A DNA stretch of 62,048 nucleotides, filler included. It is 3 parts of 3 records of this genome, joined end to end, with 100 filler letters (N's around TTAATTAATTAA, not from the genome) between each part and the next. Parts side by side here need not be neighbours in the genome. Positions count along the whole stretch, not along the records: positions 23,222 to 54,774 come from SRR2962707_3337; positions 54,875 to 62,048 come from SRR2962707_3350; 1 more part is not named here. One strand, written 5' to 3'. Below are positions 49,926 to 62,048 of this stretch, piece by piece; position 1 is the stretch's first letter, and each line of letters opens with the position of its first letter. Below the pieces are notes generated by a model that saw only the letters and a program-made list of their open reading frames with translations, did no database searches and was not told where the DNA came from. The translations under genes were made by a program, and so were the position numbers.

Positions 49926-51091
49926 TTGGCACCTCCCGCCGCTTTCACCACCTGCTCGGCGGCGTCATCAAAACTCTTGGCGGCGATGATGTTCATGCCG
50001 CTGTCGGCCAGCTTCTGCGCACCCAGCTCGGCGTTGTTGCCTTCCAGACGCACCACCACCGGCACCTCGACGCCCACTTCTTCCACGGCACCAATGATGC
50101 CTTCGGCGATCAGGTCACAACGGACGATACCGCCGAAGATGTTCACCAGAACCGCTTGTACCTGGTCGTCGGAGAGGATGATCTTGAACGCTTCGGTGAC
50201 ACGCTCTTTGGTGGCACCGCCGCCCACATCCAGGAAGTTGGCGGGCTGGCCGCCTTTGAGTTTGACCAGATCCATGGTGCCCATGGCCAGACCGGCGCCG
50301 TTCACCATGCAGCCGATGTTGCCTTCCAGGGCCACGTAGTTGAGTTCCCACTCGGCGGCGCGACGCTCACGCTCGTCTTCCTGGGAAGGATCTTCCAGCG
50401 CCTTGATGTCCGGGTGGCGGAACAGCGCGCTGCCGTCCACGTTGATCTTGGCGTCCAGGCAGTGCAGATCGCCCTGCTCGGTGACCACCAGCGGGTTGAC
50501 TTCGATCAGCGCCAGGTCCTTGTCATCGAACAGTTTGGCCAGGCCGGTGAAGATCTTGGCGAACTGGTTGACCTGCTTGCCTTCCAGGCCCAGCTGGAAC
50601 GCGATTTGACGGGCCTGATACGGCTGCGCGCCGACCAGCGGATCCACTTCCGCCTTGAGGATTTTCTCGGGGGTTTCCTCGGCGACTTTCTCGATTTCCA
50701 CGCCGCCCTCGGTGGACGCCATGAACACCACCCGGCGGGTGGCGCGATCCAATACCGCGCTCAGGTACAGTTCCCGGGCGATGTCGGTGCAGGTTTCCAC
50801 CAGAATTTTGGAAACCGGCTGGCCGTGCTCGTCGGTCTGGAAGGTGACCAGACGCTGGCCCAGCCATTTTTTGGCGAATTCAGCCGCTTCTTCCGCGCTG
50901 TCCACCAATTTCACACCACCGGCCTTACCACGGCCGCCCGCGTGTACCTGGGCCTTGACGACCCATTTGTCACCACCAATTTCCTTCGTCTTGGCGGCAA
51001 CCTCTTCGGGGGTGTCGCAGGCGAAGCCTTTGGAAACCGGCAGGCCGTAATCAGCAAACAGCTGTTTCGACTGATACTCGTGGAGGTTCAT
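49922..51091 (-). CDS. sucC: Succinyl-CoA synthetase beta subunit
   Basis: [36 protein letters not shown]. Confidence 0.97.
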   Translation of the reverse strand: MNLHEYQSKQLFADYGLPVSKGFACDTPEEVAAKTKEIGGDKWVVKAQVHAGGRGKAGGVKLVDSAEEAAEFAKKWLGQRLVTFQTDEHGQPVSKILVETCTDIARELYLSAVLDRATRRVVFMASTEGGVEIEKVAEETPEKILKAEVDPLVGAQPYQARQIAFQLGLEGKQVNQFAKIFTGLAKLFDDKDLALIEVNPLVVTEQGDLHCLDAKINVDGSALFRHPDIKALEDPSQEDERERRAAEWELNYVALEGNIGCMVNGAGLAMGTMDLVKLKGGQPANFLDVGGGATKERVTEAFKIILSDDQVQAVLVNIFGGIVRCDLIAEGIIGAVEEVGVEVPVVVRLEGNNAELGAQKLADSGMNIIAAKSFDDAAEQVVKAAGGAK

Positions 51092-51252
51092 GCCATTAAT
51101 TCCGTCGTTGATGAAAGATCAAAAGGCGGGGCGGCGTGGCACGCCAACAACCGACGAAGTTCCGCGTTTGCGCCGACGGCTCCCGTGGGAGCGCGGCGGT
51201 GCAAACACACTACGTCCGGTATCGGTCAGCGCGGCACGCCGGGGCCCGACTC

Positions 51253-52701
<1,449 letters not shown>

Positions 52702-52757
52702 CTATATGCGTCGGGGCCACCGGCGCGGGGCGCGGGGCCCCGGGCCGGCGCCGGGAA

Positions 52758-53975
52758 TCAGATGTCCAGCAGCAGCCGTGCCGGATCCTCGATGAAGTTC
52801 TTCACGGCGACCAGGAATTGCACCGCTTCCTTGCCGTCGATGATCCGGTGGTCGTAGGACAACGCCAGATACATCATTGGCAGAATCTTCACTTCGCCAT
52901 CCACCGCCATCGGTCTTTCCTGGATCTTGTGCATCCCCAGGATGGCGGTTTGCGGCGGGTTGAGGATCGGCGTGGACAACAGTGAGCCGAAGATACCGCC
53001 GTTGGAGATGGTGAAGGTGCCGCCGGTCATCTCCTCGATGGACAGTTTGCCGTCACGGGCCTTGGTACCGAACTCGATGATCTGGGATTCGATTTCGGCC
53101 AGCCCTTTCTGGTCGGCGTCACGCATTACCGGCACCACCAGGCCACGCTCGGTGGATACCGCCATGCCCACGTCGTAGTAACCGTGGTACACGATGTCGT
53201 CACCGTCGATGGACGCATTCACCGCCGGGAAGCGCTTCAGCGCTTCCACGCAGGCGCGGGTAAAGAAGCTCATGAAGCCCAGGCGCACACCGTGGGACTT
53301 CTCGAACTCGCTTTGATAGTGCTTGCGCATGTCCATGATCGGCTTCATGTTGACCTCGTTGAAGGTGGTCAACATGGCCGCGTCCTGCTGCGCCGCCACC
53401 AGACGTTCGGCGATGCGCTTGCGCAGGCGGGTCATCGGTACGCGGCGTTCCTCGCGCTCACCCGCGGCCGGAGCCGGAGCGGCCGCCGGAGCCGGAGCGC
53501 TGGCGGAGGACGGGCTTTGCTGCTTGCTGGCCAGCGCCTTTTCCACGTCTTCCTTGGTGATGCGGCCCTTGGCACCGGTGCCTTTGATGTCGGCGGCACT
53601 GAGACCATGCTCGCTCATCAGCTTGCGCGCGGCCGGCCCGGCCTGAGCATCGCCGTCATCGTCACCGCCTTGCGCTTCGGCGGCCGGCGCCTCGGCTTGC
53701 GGTTTTTCCTCGGCGGGAGCGGAGACGGACGCGCTGGCACCCGCTTCCAACTGCCCGAGCACTTCCTGACTTTCCACGGTGGCGTCTTCGCCTTTGAGGA
53801 TCTTGGTCAGAACACCGTCCATCGGAGCCACTACCTCGAGAACCACCTTGTCGGTCTCGATGTCCACCAGCAGCTCGTCACGTTTAACCGCCTCGCCTTC
53901 TTTCTTGTGCCAGGTGGCTACCGTGCCATCGGCCACGGATTCCGGAAATTGCGGGGCTTTGATATCTGTCGCCAT
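52758..53975 (-). CDS. sucB: 2-oxoglutarate dehydrogenase E2
   Basis: Lipoyl ETDKV, E3-binding domain, SYDHRIIDG. Confidence 0.97.
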   Translation of the reverse strand: MATDIKAPQFPESVADGTVATWHKKEGEAVKRDELLVDIETDKVVLEVVAPMDGVLTKILKGEDATVESQEVLGQLEAGASASVSAPAEEKPQAEAPAAEAQGGDDDGDAQAGPAARKLMSEHGLSAADIKGTGAKGRITKEDVEKALASKQQSPSSASAPAPAAAPAPAAGEREERRVPMTRLRKRIAERLVAAQQDAAMLTTFNEVNMKPIMDMRKHYQSEFEKSHGVRLGFMSFFTRACVEALKRFPAVNASIDGDDIVYHGYYDVGMAVSTERGLVVPVMRDADQKGLAEIESQIIEFGTKARDGKLSIEEMTGGTFTISNGGIFGSLLSTPILNPPQTAILGMHKIQERPMAVDGEVKILPMMYLALSYDHRIIDGKEAVQFLVAVKNFIEDPARLLLDI

Positions 53976-54006
53976 GCCTGTTCCTTAAACCAGTTCGTTA
54001 GGCTGT

Positions 54007-54774
54007 CTACTTGATGTTGAAGGCGTCTTCGACCAGACGCTGCTGCTGTTCCACGTGCAGGGACATCGAACCCGCCGCCGGAGCCGCCGCCATGTCACGG
54101 CCCGCGTATTGCACGTACAGTTTCGGATTGACCGCGCGGGCCACCCGGAACATGTGGTGTTGGGAGCAGTACCAGGCGCCCTGGTTCATCGGCTCCTCCT
54201 GACACCAGACCACATGCTCGAGATTCGGATAGCTTTCCAGAATCTCGCGCAGCCGCTGCTCCGGGAACGGATAGAGCTGCTCGATGCGGACCAGAGCGGT
54301 GTCCTTGATGTCGTCGGACTCACGTTTTTCCAGCAGGTCGTAGTAGACCTTGCCGGAACACATGACCACGCGCTTCACCGCTTTGCTATCGAGCTCGGCG
54401 GTATCCTCAAGCACAGTGTGGAAACGACCCTCGGAGAGATCCTCCAGAGACGAGATCGCCCGTTTGTGCCGCAGCAAACTCTTCGGACTCATCACCACCA
54501 GCGGCTTGCGCAGCGGTCGTACCGCCTGGCGGCGCAGCAGGTGGAAGATTTGCGCCGGAGTCGACGGTACGCAGACCTGCATGTTGTGCTCGGCACTGAG
54601 CTGCAGGAAGCGTTCCAGACGAGCGGAGGAGTGTTCCGGCCCCTGCCCTTCGTAGCCGTGCGGCAGCAGCAGCGTCAAACCGCACAGCCGCCCCCACTTG
54701 GCCTCGCCGGAAGAGATGAACTGGTCGATCACCACCTGAGCGCCGTTGGCGAAATCGCCGAACTGCGCTTCCCA
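54007..54774 (-). CDS. sucA: 2-oxoglutarate dehydrogenase E1, 5' truncated
   Basis: WEAQFGDFANGAQ, LLPHGYEGQGPEHSSARLER, QEEPMNQG. Confidence 0.96.
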   Translation of the reverse strand, partial: WEAQFGDFANGAQVVIDQFISSGEAKWGRLCGLTLLLPHGYEGQGPEHSSARLERFLQLSAEHNMQVCVPSTPAQIFHLLRRQAVRPLRKPLVVMSPKSLLRHKRAISSLEDLSEGRFHTVLEDTAELDSKAVKRVVMCSGKVYYDLLEKRESDDIKDTALVRIEQLYPFPEQRLREILESYPNLEHVVWCQEEPMNQGAWYCSQHHMFRVARAVNPKLYVQYAGRDMAAAPAAGSMSLHVEQQQRLVEDAFNIK

Positions 54775-54874
54775 NNNNNNNNNNNNNNNNNNNNNNNNNN
54801 NNNNNNNNNNNNNNNNNNTTAATTAATTAANNNNNNNNNNNNNNNNNNNNNNNNNNNNNNNNNNNNNNNNNNNN
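54775..54874. other. Artificial contig linker
   Basis: N44-TTAATTAATTAA-N44. Confidence 0.98.
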
Positions 54875-54903
54875 CTCTCTTTCTCTCTCTCTCTCTCTCT
54901 CTC
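54875..54903. repeat. (CT)n microsatellite at contig end
   Basis: Direct reading. Confidence 0.9.
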
Positions 54904-55259
54904 AAAACTGCTCTTCGTTGTTCACAGAGTCAACCCGTGTTGGGGCCTCTACGTTGGGCCGGGGTCTCGGTCTTTGCGACTGCATCGAGCGAGCGGTTCG
55001 AAAACACACCCCTCGAGCGCAACCTGACTTTCTCGCCTGAGTTTTTTTCTTTTCTTCCCCTTCTCCTTCTGTCGAGCGAGCGAACAAGCTCCCGTGAGTG
55101 AATAAAAACCCAAGTATAGGACACACTCTACTACCACATGGTATCTTGTCCCTTGCTCTGTGAAGGGCCGTTGGTGTCGCTTCCCTTTCGTTTCACTTTG
55201 CACTCGCCGCACTGAAGACGGTGTAACTCTCCCACCTTTGACGCAGGTTGGACTCGATC

Positions 55260-58200
55260 ATGGCAGCGCCCTCACCTGCTGCGAGTGGAGTGTCCACTGA
55301 AGCGAGCAGTGGTCTCACCACCCCAGCGACAGAAAATATTGACAACCTTGCGGCATTCTTCACCAGCAACACCCAACAATTTTATTTCGGCTTCTGGGGC
55401 TCTGTGTTTGATGGCATACAGATGGATATTTCGTGCGATGAACCACGAAACTATTCGTTCGCGTACCTTTTCCAAGACGGTATGTTGCCGAGAGAAGTCG
55501 CTTTTTTTGGTTGCAACGCGTTTTTGAAGATTTTTACGCTTGCCGCCACGTCGCTTTTTTCTCCCGCTTGACCTGTGGCTACGTTCTTGAACTCTTGCAC
55601 CTGATTCCAGGCTATGAACACAAATTTACCTTCAGTAGCAACTGGACTGGGAATTATGAGTGAGTTTTAACGTACACTGCGCTAGGTGGCCTCAATTCAT
55701 CGCGCAGTCCACGTTATTTTGTTTCCGTTTTGTTTTAGTCCAACTGTACAAGATGCTTCCTACATAGCCTCTATGGCTGTTGCCTTGGTCCTGTTTGGAA
55801 TCATTTGGATCATGGCATGGAGTCTTCACTGTGCAAGCTTGTGCGTCAACACGACCTAACGACCTGGTCCACTGGTTTTCATCTACTCACTGTCGTGCAA
55901 GATCAGTCATATTGCCAAACACGATGCTCAACTGTGTTTTTCGTGTTGATTCTAGGATGCATACTTCGTTGCTTGGTGTAGCCTCCCGCGGCTTCCCACG
56001 AACAAACAGCAGTCCATTATCCGTTGCACATCCACCCATGGACGACCAACGTAACCGAGAAGCCCCTCGCGATGAGCCATCAAGTCGGCCTCAGTCGAAA
56101 GACTTCCAAGGAGTACGTAGAAAAGATGGTTTGTTGTGGTTTTTCATGCACATTGCATTTGATGGCTGACTTGTTGCTTTCGTTGCCCGACAGAGTGTGT
56201 CGGAGCTCGAGGATGATGATCAGGGCGACACACCTGTCCACGATGCGCATGCATCATCGGCCAACGACTCAATGTCCCCAGTACGTTCTTGGCTAATCAC
56301 TTCTAGCTCCGTAGAGAACACTTTAAAGCGGGATTTCTCTTGATTGTCCTGAGTGGTGTGGTTTCTAGGCTGCTAGAGTTCGAGGGGGGTCAACAATGCG
56401 GACCATTCTCGTCATCGATAACGACGAAGAACCAATGGTGGCAGAATTTTCGATTCACGATGCGACAATGCGCACGCTCAAATTGCAGGTATCTACTCCA
56501 CTGACAAGCAATGTCTACTCCGTTGACCATTGCCGGTATCAGTTGTGTGTTCCTCACTCAGTATGGCGCCCACTTCTTGGCAGGTTCAAGCCCAGCGTGC
56601 TGTAGAGCTTTCGCGAATACATCTGTTTCTTAACCAGCAAGAAGTTGAGGACAACTTACTGATTCGTGGTTCTGGAGTCAACTATGTGCACAAGCGGCAG
56701 GTCCTGCGCGCCTTCGACCCGACACAACAAATGTACTACGTGCATGTTCGGGTACGAAAACATTTTATTGCCAACCTTTGATCCATTGTGTGCCCCTTCT
56801 GCAAAAAATGTGATGCCTCTCATTAATCCTTGATGTCGTCTTTTTTGTCGCAATTCGTGCAGATTGATCCTATCGCCAATCTCTGCCATTTGGTATTCCG
56901 CAATGCGAGATATCACGAAGATCCGCCAACCGCACCAGTGTGGCGGTGGCTTGACAACTGCCTGCGCAATGATCCAACACGAGAATCGTCGCCCGGACAG
57001 GTACGTGCACGCAAGAACGCCATGAGATGTCGAAGGCGTATTGCAACCGATGAAGCTTATGCATTCTTCATTCTGGGGTTTGATAGACGCGTGCAACTCA
57101 CCGCGGCACTTTGCAACAAGATGCGGAAGCGTTTGGCGATGGTGACGCGCTTGACAACATGAACAGTGGCAGATTTCGCCAGTCAAGCCGCCTTGGCTCA
57201 GACTATCCGCACATGCCCGCAGATGGAGAATCACTTGCATCGCCTGCCAACAGTTGGCGTCGGCGCCGTTCACGAGGTGTTCCGCCAGGCACTACGCCTG
57301 GTTCTCGATCTGCACGCGATGCACTGAATGCAGGAGGTGGGCCGAAGGCACGTGGATCTCCTGGAGTCTTTGATGACTCTGGGCGCAACAAGTCCAAGTT
57401 TCTGCTCCAGGGTGTGAGCGCAAGCTTCACACCTGGATCACTGAACGCTATTGTTAGCGATGATGAGGTATGCCGATATGTGGTGCTTTGACTGTTTGTG
57501 AAGAAGTTGAACACTGTACTCACGATCTGTTTCCATCTGCAGGCGAGTGCCCGGGTGCTAATGCGTATGCTTGCGGGACACGTGCTGCCGGGTGATCTCA
57601 GCGTCGAAATGGCAATTAATGGATTCCCTGTGGGAAGTAATTATCACCGATTTGTGGTTTTCATTGGGCAAAATGACGTGCTGCTGGAATCTCTGACTGT
57701 GTATGTTTTGCATGCATTGTCATCAACATTGCCTGCCCTGTTGTCGCCGCGTCGTTTTCCGCTGTTTTACGTGCACATTTTTTTCGTGTTGCCGCCGTAG
57801 TTACCAAGCCGTATTGTTTGAGGCTGCGGCGTCAATTGACTTGGAGGGAATTGATGTCAAACAAGATCTTGCATTGCGTGTTCGATCGATCTTGAAACTC
57901 CTGGAAATGGAAGCAGTTGCAGATCAACGGTTACGTGATCTCACTGAACCTGGCCAAACTCGACGAGTTCAACTGGCTGTCGCACTTGCTGCGAATCCAA
58001 GCTTAATATTCTTTGATCGCTTTATCCACGGCCTGTCGGGATCTGAAGCACTAGTTTTGACCATCCAGCTCCGTAAGCTAGCTAGCGAGGGCCGCACCAT
58101 AGTATGCAACGTGGTTGACCCGCGAGAGGAAGTTTTGGAGCTATTTGATACTGTGCTTGTTCTGACCGGTGGTCGCCCGGCCTACTTCGGCAACCTAGAC

Positions 58201-60370
58201 GACTTCCACAGCTTTGCAAACCGTCATGAGTGAGTCAATTCACCTGCTCTAGATAATGCTGGGGCGAAAAATCACATGGCCGCTGATTTGCTCGTGAGTG
58301 TTTATGTGGTTCGGTCTGTGTGTTTGTTGTAGATGTGGCATTCCGCGAGGCATGAATTTAGCAACTTTCCTTGCGAAACAAACAATTGATGCTCGCACGG
58401 CCAACAACAACGTCCTTCGCCACAGTCACCACAGTTCGTGGCGACGGCGACCTTCAAACCAAAGTACACACACTCGGGCAGATGTGGTTGGGCGCATGAA
58501 GTCGTCCACTTCGAGTCCGTCAGAAGCCATCAACGGGCCCTCCTCGACCGCCGATGAGGCCGTTGGAATTGGGCGAGCCTCTGGTACAAGTGACCCAGAA
58601 AGTGGTCTCGCTCGCAACAGCAGCTCCACTCGAGGCCCAGAACTACTTCGTGCGTCAAGCTTGCGAAGAACTCAAAGTACTCGCACAGGGCGCCGCGTGC
58701 TGGCGAAACTTGCAACGGCTTATGAAAATAGTCCTGAGGCATATGAGAACAATTCCATCGTAACTGCAGTTATCGATGGAACACTTCAGGACATGCCCCG
58801 TGCTCCGGATCTGTTCATGCGCACCAAAAGCTCATTTCCAAATCCAACGTGGACGCAGGTTTGCGCCGTCGAGTGTGAGCTCTTGCTGGCTTCCGCTTGC
58901 AAGACTACGTATTTCCCAATGCTTCCTTTTGATTTTGCACACAGATTTCACTACTTGTTCAGAGGCATCACGCGGCAACCTTGTGGGAACCGCGGTTTTA
59001 TATTCACGTGTCAATTATCGTCGGACTTCTTTTCCTTTCAGGAATGCTTTATGTAGGGCAACCCCTCTACCGGGGAATGTACGTGTATGTGCTGTGGTGT
59101 AAATCTCCGCAAAACAACACTTGCAGTACACTTTCTGGTTTACGTATCGTTGCTTAATGTTCCATCCCATGCGCAATGTCTGCAGTTACAACTACTCTCT
59201 TTACAACACGGAGCCAGCTGTTTTGCAAACGATGGTCGAGAACTATTTCACCGCATGCAATCTGTCGCTGATGATTGTTTTTCTATTACTCTCGAGGCTG
59301 ACTACTCTTTCCAGTAGTATGTCTGAGGTGCGCAAGTTTCGCCAAGATCGACTTGCGTACCGGACATCGATAGTGTCTTTCTTTGTGGCAGATTTCTCAA
59401 CCGCAGTGTGCTACGATTCTGTCAAAGCATTGCTGTACTCCATCGTTATTTTCTGGTGGTTTGGTATGTCGATCGGTGCTGCAAGTTTTTGCGCTGTAGT
59501 GCCCTTTTTTGCGCTTCATGTTTTGTTTATTTCTTACCCCTGTTGTTGATATCGGGTGTGAAGGTATCACAACTGACCCGACCAGTTCCATCAGCACCGG
59601 TGGTGGAGCAGGGAATTTCTTCTTCTTTGTGCTCATGAACTTCCTGGCGCTTGTGTTTTCAAAAGCAATGATACTTGGGCTCTTACTGTTGACCAACTCC
59701 GTTGCCACAGCGATGAAAGTATACATTCTATGTGTCATCATCCCGTACGTTTGCTGCGTGCGTTTCACGGCACGATATTGGCAAAATGGTCCCTTGTGAA
59801 AATGTATTACACTTTGCTTCTTGTTTTTCTAGGTACAGCTTCGGTGGCTATAATCTCTCCCCAACGCATCAGCCCATTGTGCACACGTTTCTGTATCAAT
59901 TCAACTACTTCAAGTGCGCTCCTGATGATAGCGATTTTCGCAAAAATGTGTGCACACCTACATTTTTGGAATGTCAACGTGTCTCAATTTCGCCCATTCC
60001 GGCAGGTATTTCTACGAAGCCCACATTTGGAACACATTCAAGGAGGACTTCATTTGCCCGATGGTCGCTTCGTCCAACGCGCTGGACAAAATTCCTTATG
60101 TGCTGTTTGCCCAGTTGTCACTGAACACGAATCAATGGATTGACGTCTTAATCATCATGGTACGTTTTCGATTCACGCTGAATGTATTTCTTGCATTCCT
60201 TTCTTGCAACCAAGCTCTTTGCTTTGCTGCACCTGTGAAGTTGCGTATGGATGTGATTTTCGAACTTGCCCATTCTTCTGTAGGCTGTGACTCTTGTCAT
60301 CTACATCTTCAGCGTCTACGGAATCCACCGGACGCTCAACGCAAAGGAAAGCGGAAAAGGACAAAGATGA
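55260..60370 (+). CDS. Eukaryotic ABCG-like half transporter, 18 exons, 1149 aa, degenerate nucleotide-binding domain
   Basis: Manual model with 17 GT-AG introns: 55480-55610, 55660-55738, 55841-55955, 56113-56193, 56281-56368, 56489-56583, 56752-56862, 57001-57086, 57468-57542, 57701-57800, 58230-58332, 58859-58944, 59079-59185, 59464-59563, 59745-59832, 59914-60005, 60160-60283. Exons total 3450 nt in one open frame. NBD precedes an ABC2-type membrane domain. Confidence 0.8.
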
Positions 60371-60480
60371 AGCTTCGTTGCACCACGCTTCAGGGCCACC
60401 CGTTCTACCAACCACCCAATACCTACTTTTGTAATTTTTATTGTGTAGAAAACTTGGAGTCGGCAGTCGTTTTTGCTCTT

Positions 60481-61458
60481 TCATTCGTTGGTTGTTGGGT
60501 CACTTGCGGTGTTAAATAACGACCCGAACAGGCTCACGTGCTTTTGGTGGGCGATGCGAGCTTCGTGCTCCACAATGTATCTCAGAAAAGGACTGCATCG
60601 GCCCTCGATCAACTACAGCAATTGGGAAAGCCCCATCCACCAATTCAAAGAAAATGAAATGGCTCGAAATTCGCAACTTGCGTAAAAAGCACATTTATTC
60701 GGGAACATGAACGCTATTGCAACAAGCGCTTGCTCTGCCAACTTACCTCATCCACGTGCACCCGATCACACAGCAAAGAGATCCGTCGTCTTTTCCGAAC
60801 ATAAACTCCTGCTGATGCTATTGATTCGTACACTACCTCGAACGCCTGCGAGCAGAGACCGCGAACAACCACTGCAAAATCAAGGAGGTTCAACTTCCAG
60901 ACATATTGGATCACACTTTTTTAGAGGTCGGTCACAACGTACCCCAGCAACTTCGCTCTGTATCTCAGCTTGGCAGGCATCAACGTGCACAGTCTTGGTC
61001 CACAACCCTCCCAAAAGTGGGACATCTTCCTCAAACGTGAAACGATGAACGTCTTTTTCCGGTGCGAGTCCTCCGGGCTGCACACCATGTAGCCAGGCCG
61101 GAACCTCCGCTGACAGCAGCTTCAAATTCTTCGAAATGGGTGACAACAGAACCACCGCCGCGATCGAGCTGGGGTCCAACAGCATGCGTTTAGCGGTGGC
61201 CAAGGAGACGCCTGCTGGTAATTCTGTGGACGATTCAGAACGGAAGTTTGGAAGAAACTCTCCGCGCGGCTCTCGCGGGTGTCCAATGGGTGCAATTGTT
61301 GCCCTGTAAGTTGCACAACACAGGCAGCAGGAGGCCCGCCGCTGTTTTCGCTTCCATGCCTGCGCTGCCTGAACGCGGGATAAACGTTCCTGATTCGGCA
61401 ATGGCACGTTGAACACGTCCAAATCCTCGCCACCTCGAGCAGGGTTGCAACGTTCCAT
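60481..61458 (-). CDS. Eukaryotic 3-exon gene, 248 aa, probable START/SRPBCC-like fold
   Basis: Introns 60846-60942 (GTACGT..CAG) and 60613-60746 (GTAAGT..TAG) on the minus strand give one frame ending LIEGRCSPFLRYIVEHEARIAHQKH...NE-stop. Start uncertain. Confidence 0.62.
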
Positions 61459-61789
61459 GCTGCCTGAATTAAGTCCGCCCTTCGATTGAACAAGCACACC
61501 ACGCTGTGGATGGCATCCGCTACGAAAAGGCCCAAATCGGACAAAAAGACCCTAACGAGAAAAAGCAGGGATTCTTTGGTAGCAGCTTTTGCAACCAGCA
61601 GCTACAGAAGCAGAGGAGCTTCATCATCACCTTGTTGGCTTTGTGTGAAGACAACTGGAAGAAAGGAGGAGGTGCCAAGAGTGATGGAACCGCTGACCAC
61701 ATACAATGTACTGTTCCGACTTTTTAATTTTAACACCCTAAGGGTGTTAATCAAATTAAAACAACTGCGAGCAAGATAAGACCTGAAGC

Positions 61790-62048
61790 CTTTCCTTCTG
61801 TCTGTTTGTGATTGATGTTTCTGTTTCTTTCTTTCTGTTGCTTTCTGTGCCTTTCCGCTCCTTCCGTTTCTTTCTGTTGCATTGTGTTCCTTTCTGCTCC
61901 TTCCAGTTTCTTTCTGTTTCTTTGTGCTTCTTCGTGTTTCTTTCTGTTTCTTTCTGCTTCTTCCTGTTTCTTCATTTTTCGTTCTGTTCCTTTCTGCTTC
62001 TTTCTGTTTCTTTGTGATTCTATGTGTTTCTAACTGTTTCTTTCTGTT
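61790..62048. repeat. Pyrimidine-rich degenerate minisatellite (about 10-nt unit TTTCTGYTTC)
   Basis: Direct reading; runs to the window end. Confidence 0.8.

Noticed and set aside
55138-55246. Upstream ATG exon of the ABCG-like gene
   Set aside because: Splicing 55141-55246 puts that ATG out of frame; more likely a 5' UTR intron.
61751-62033. Charged or Phe-rich ORFs on both strands at the window end
   Set aside because: Explained by the low-complexity minisatellite, though a coding exon cannot be fully excluded.

Overview
The window is not one locus. It is three unrelated contigs joined by two artificial 100-bp linkers (N44-TTAATTAATTAA-N44 at 23122-23221 and 54775-54874). (1) 1-23121 is an AT-rich Bacteroidota contig (Cytophagales-like, inferred). 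It carries a DUF2723 membrane protein, a T9SS-CTD mini-protein, a DUF3857/transglutaminase-like pair, nnr, nuoABCD, a phenylacetate (paa) catabolic cluster, a hisC-like aminotransferase and a CHASE2 gene. (2) 23222-54774 is a GC-rich gammaproteobacterial contig (Alcanivorax-like, inferred) with leuC/LysR, aroC, prmB, xthA, sixA, gpsA, htpG, panB, sucABCD-lpdA, REP doublets and other intergenic elements. (3) 54875-62048 is an intron-rich eukaryotic contig. It holds an 18-exon ABCG-like gene whose ATPase motifs are all degenerate, and a convergent 3-exon gene. The most striking signal is in contig 1. Three four-helix-bundle (23S rRNA IVS-protein/bAvd-like) genes sit inside the nuo and paa operons, each bracketed by inverted arrays of 7-8-nt tandem repeats that carry neighbouring start/stop codons, and a fourth cassette has the arrays but no gene. 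Contig 2 independently shows two homologous gene-less elements of similar design: inverted heptamer arrays around a terminator-like hairpin. All family assignments are from motif recognition by eye; no database search was run.
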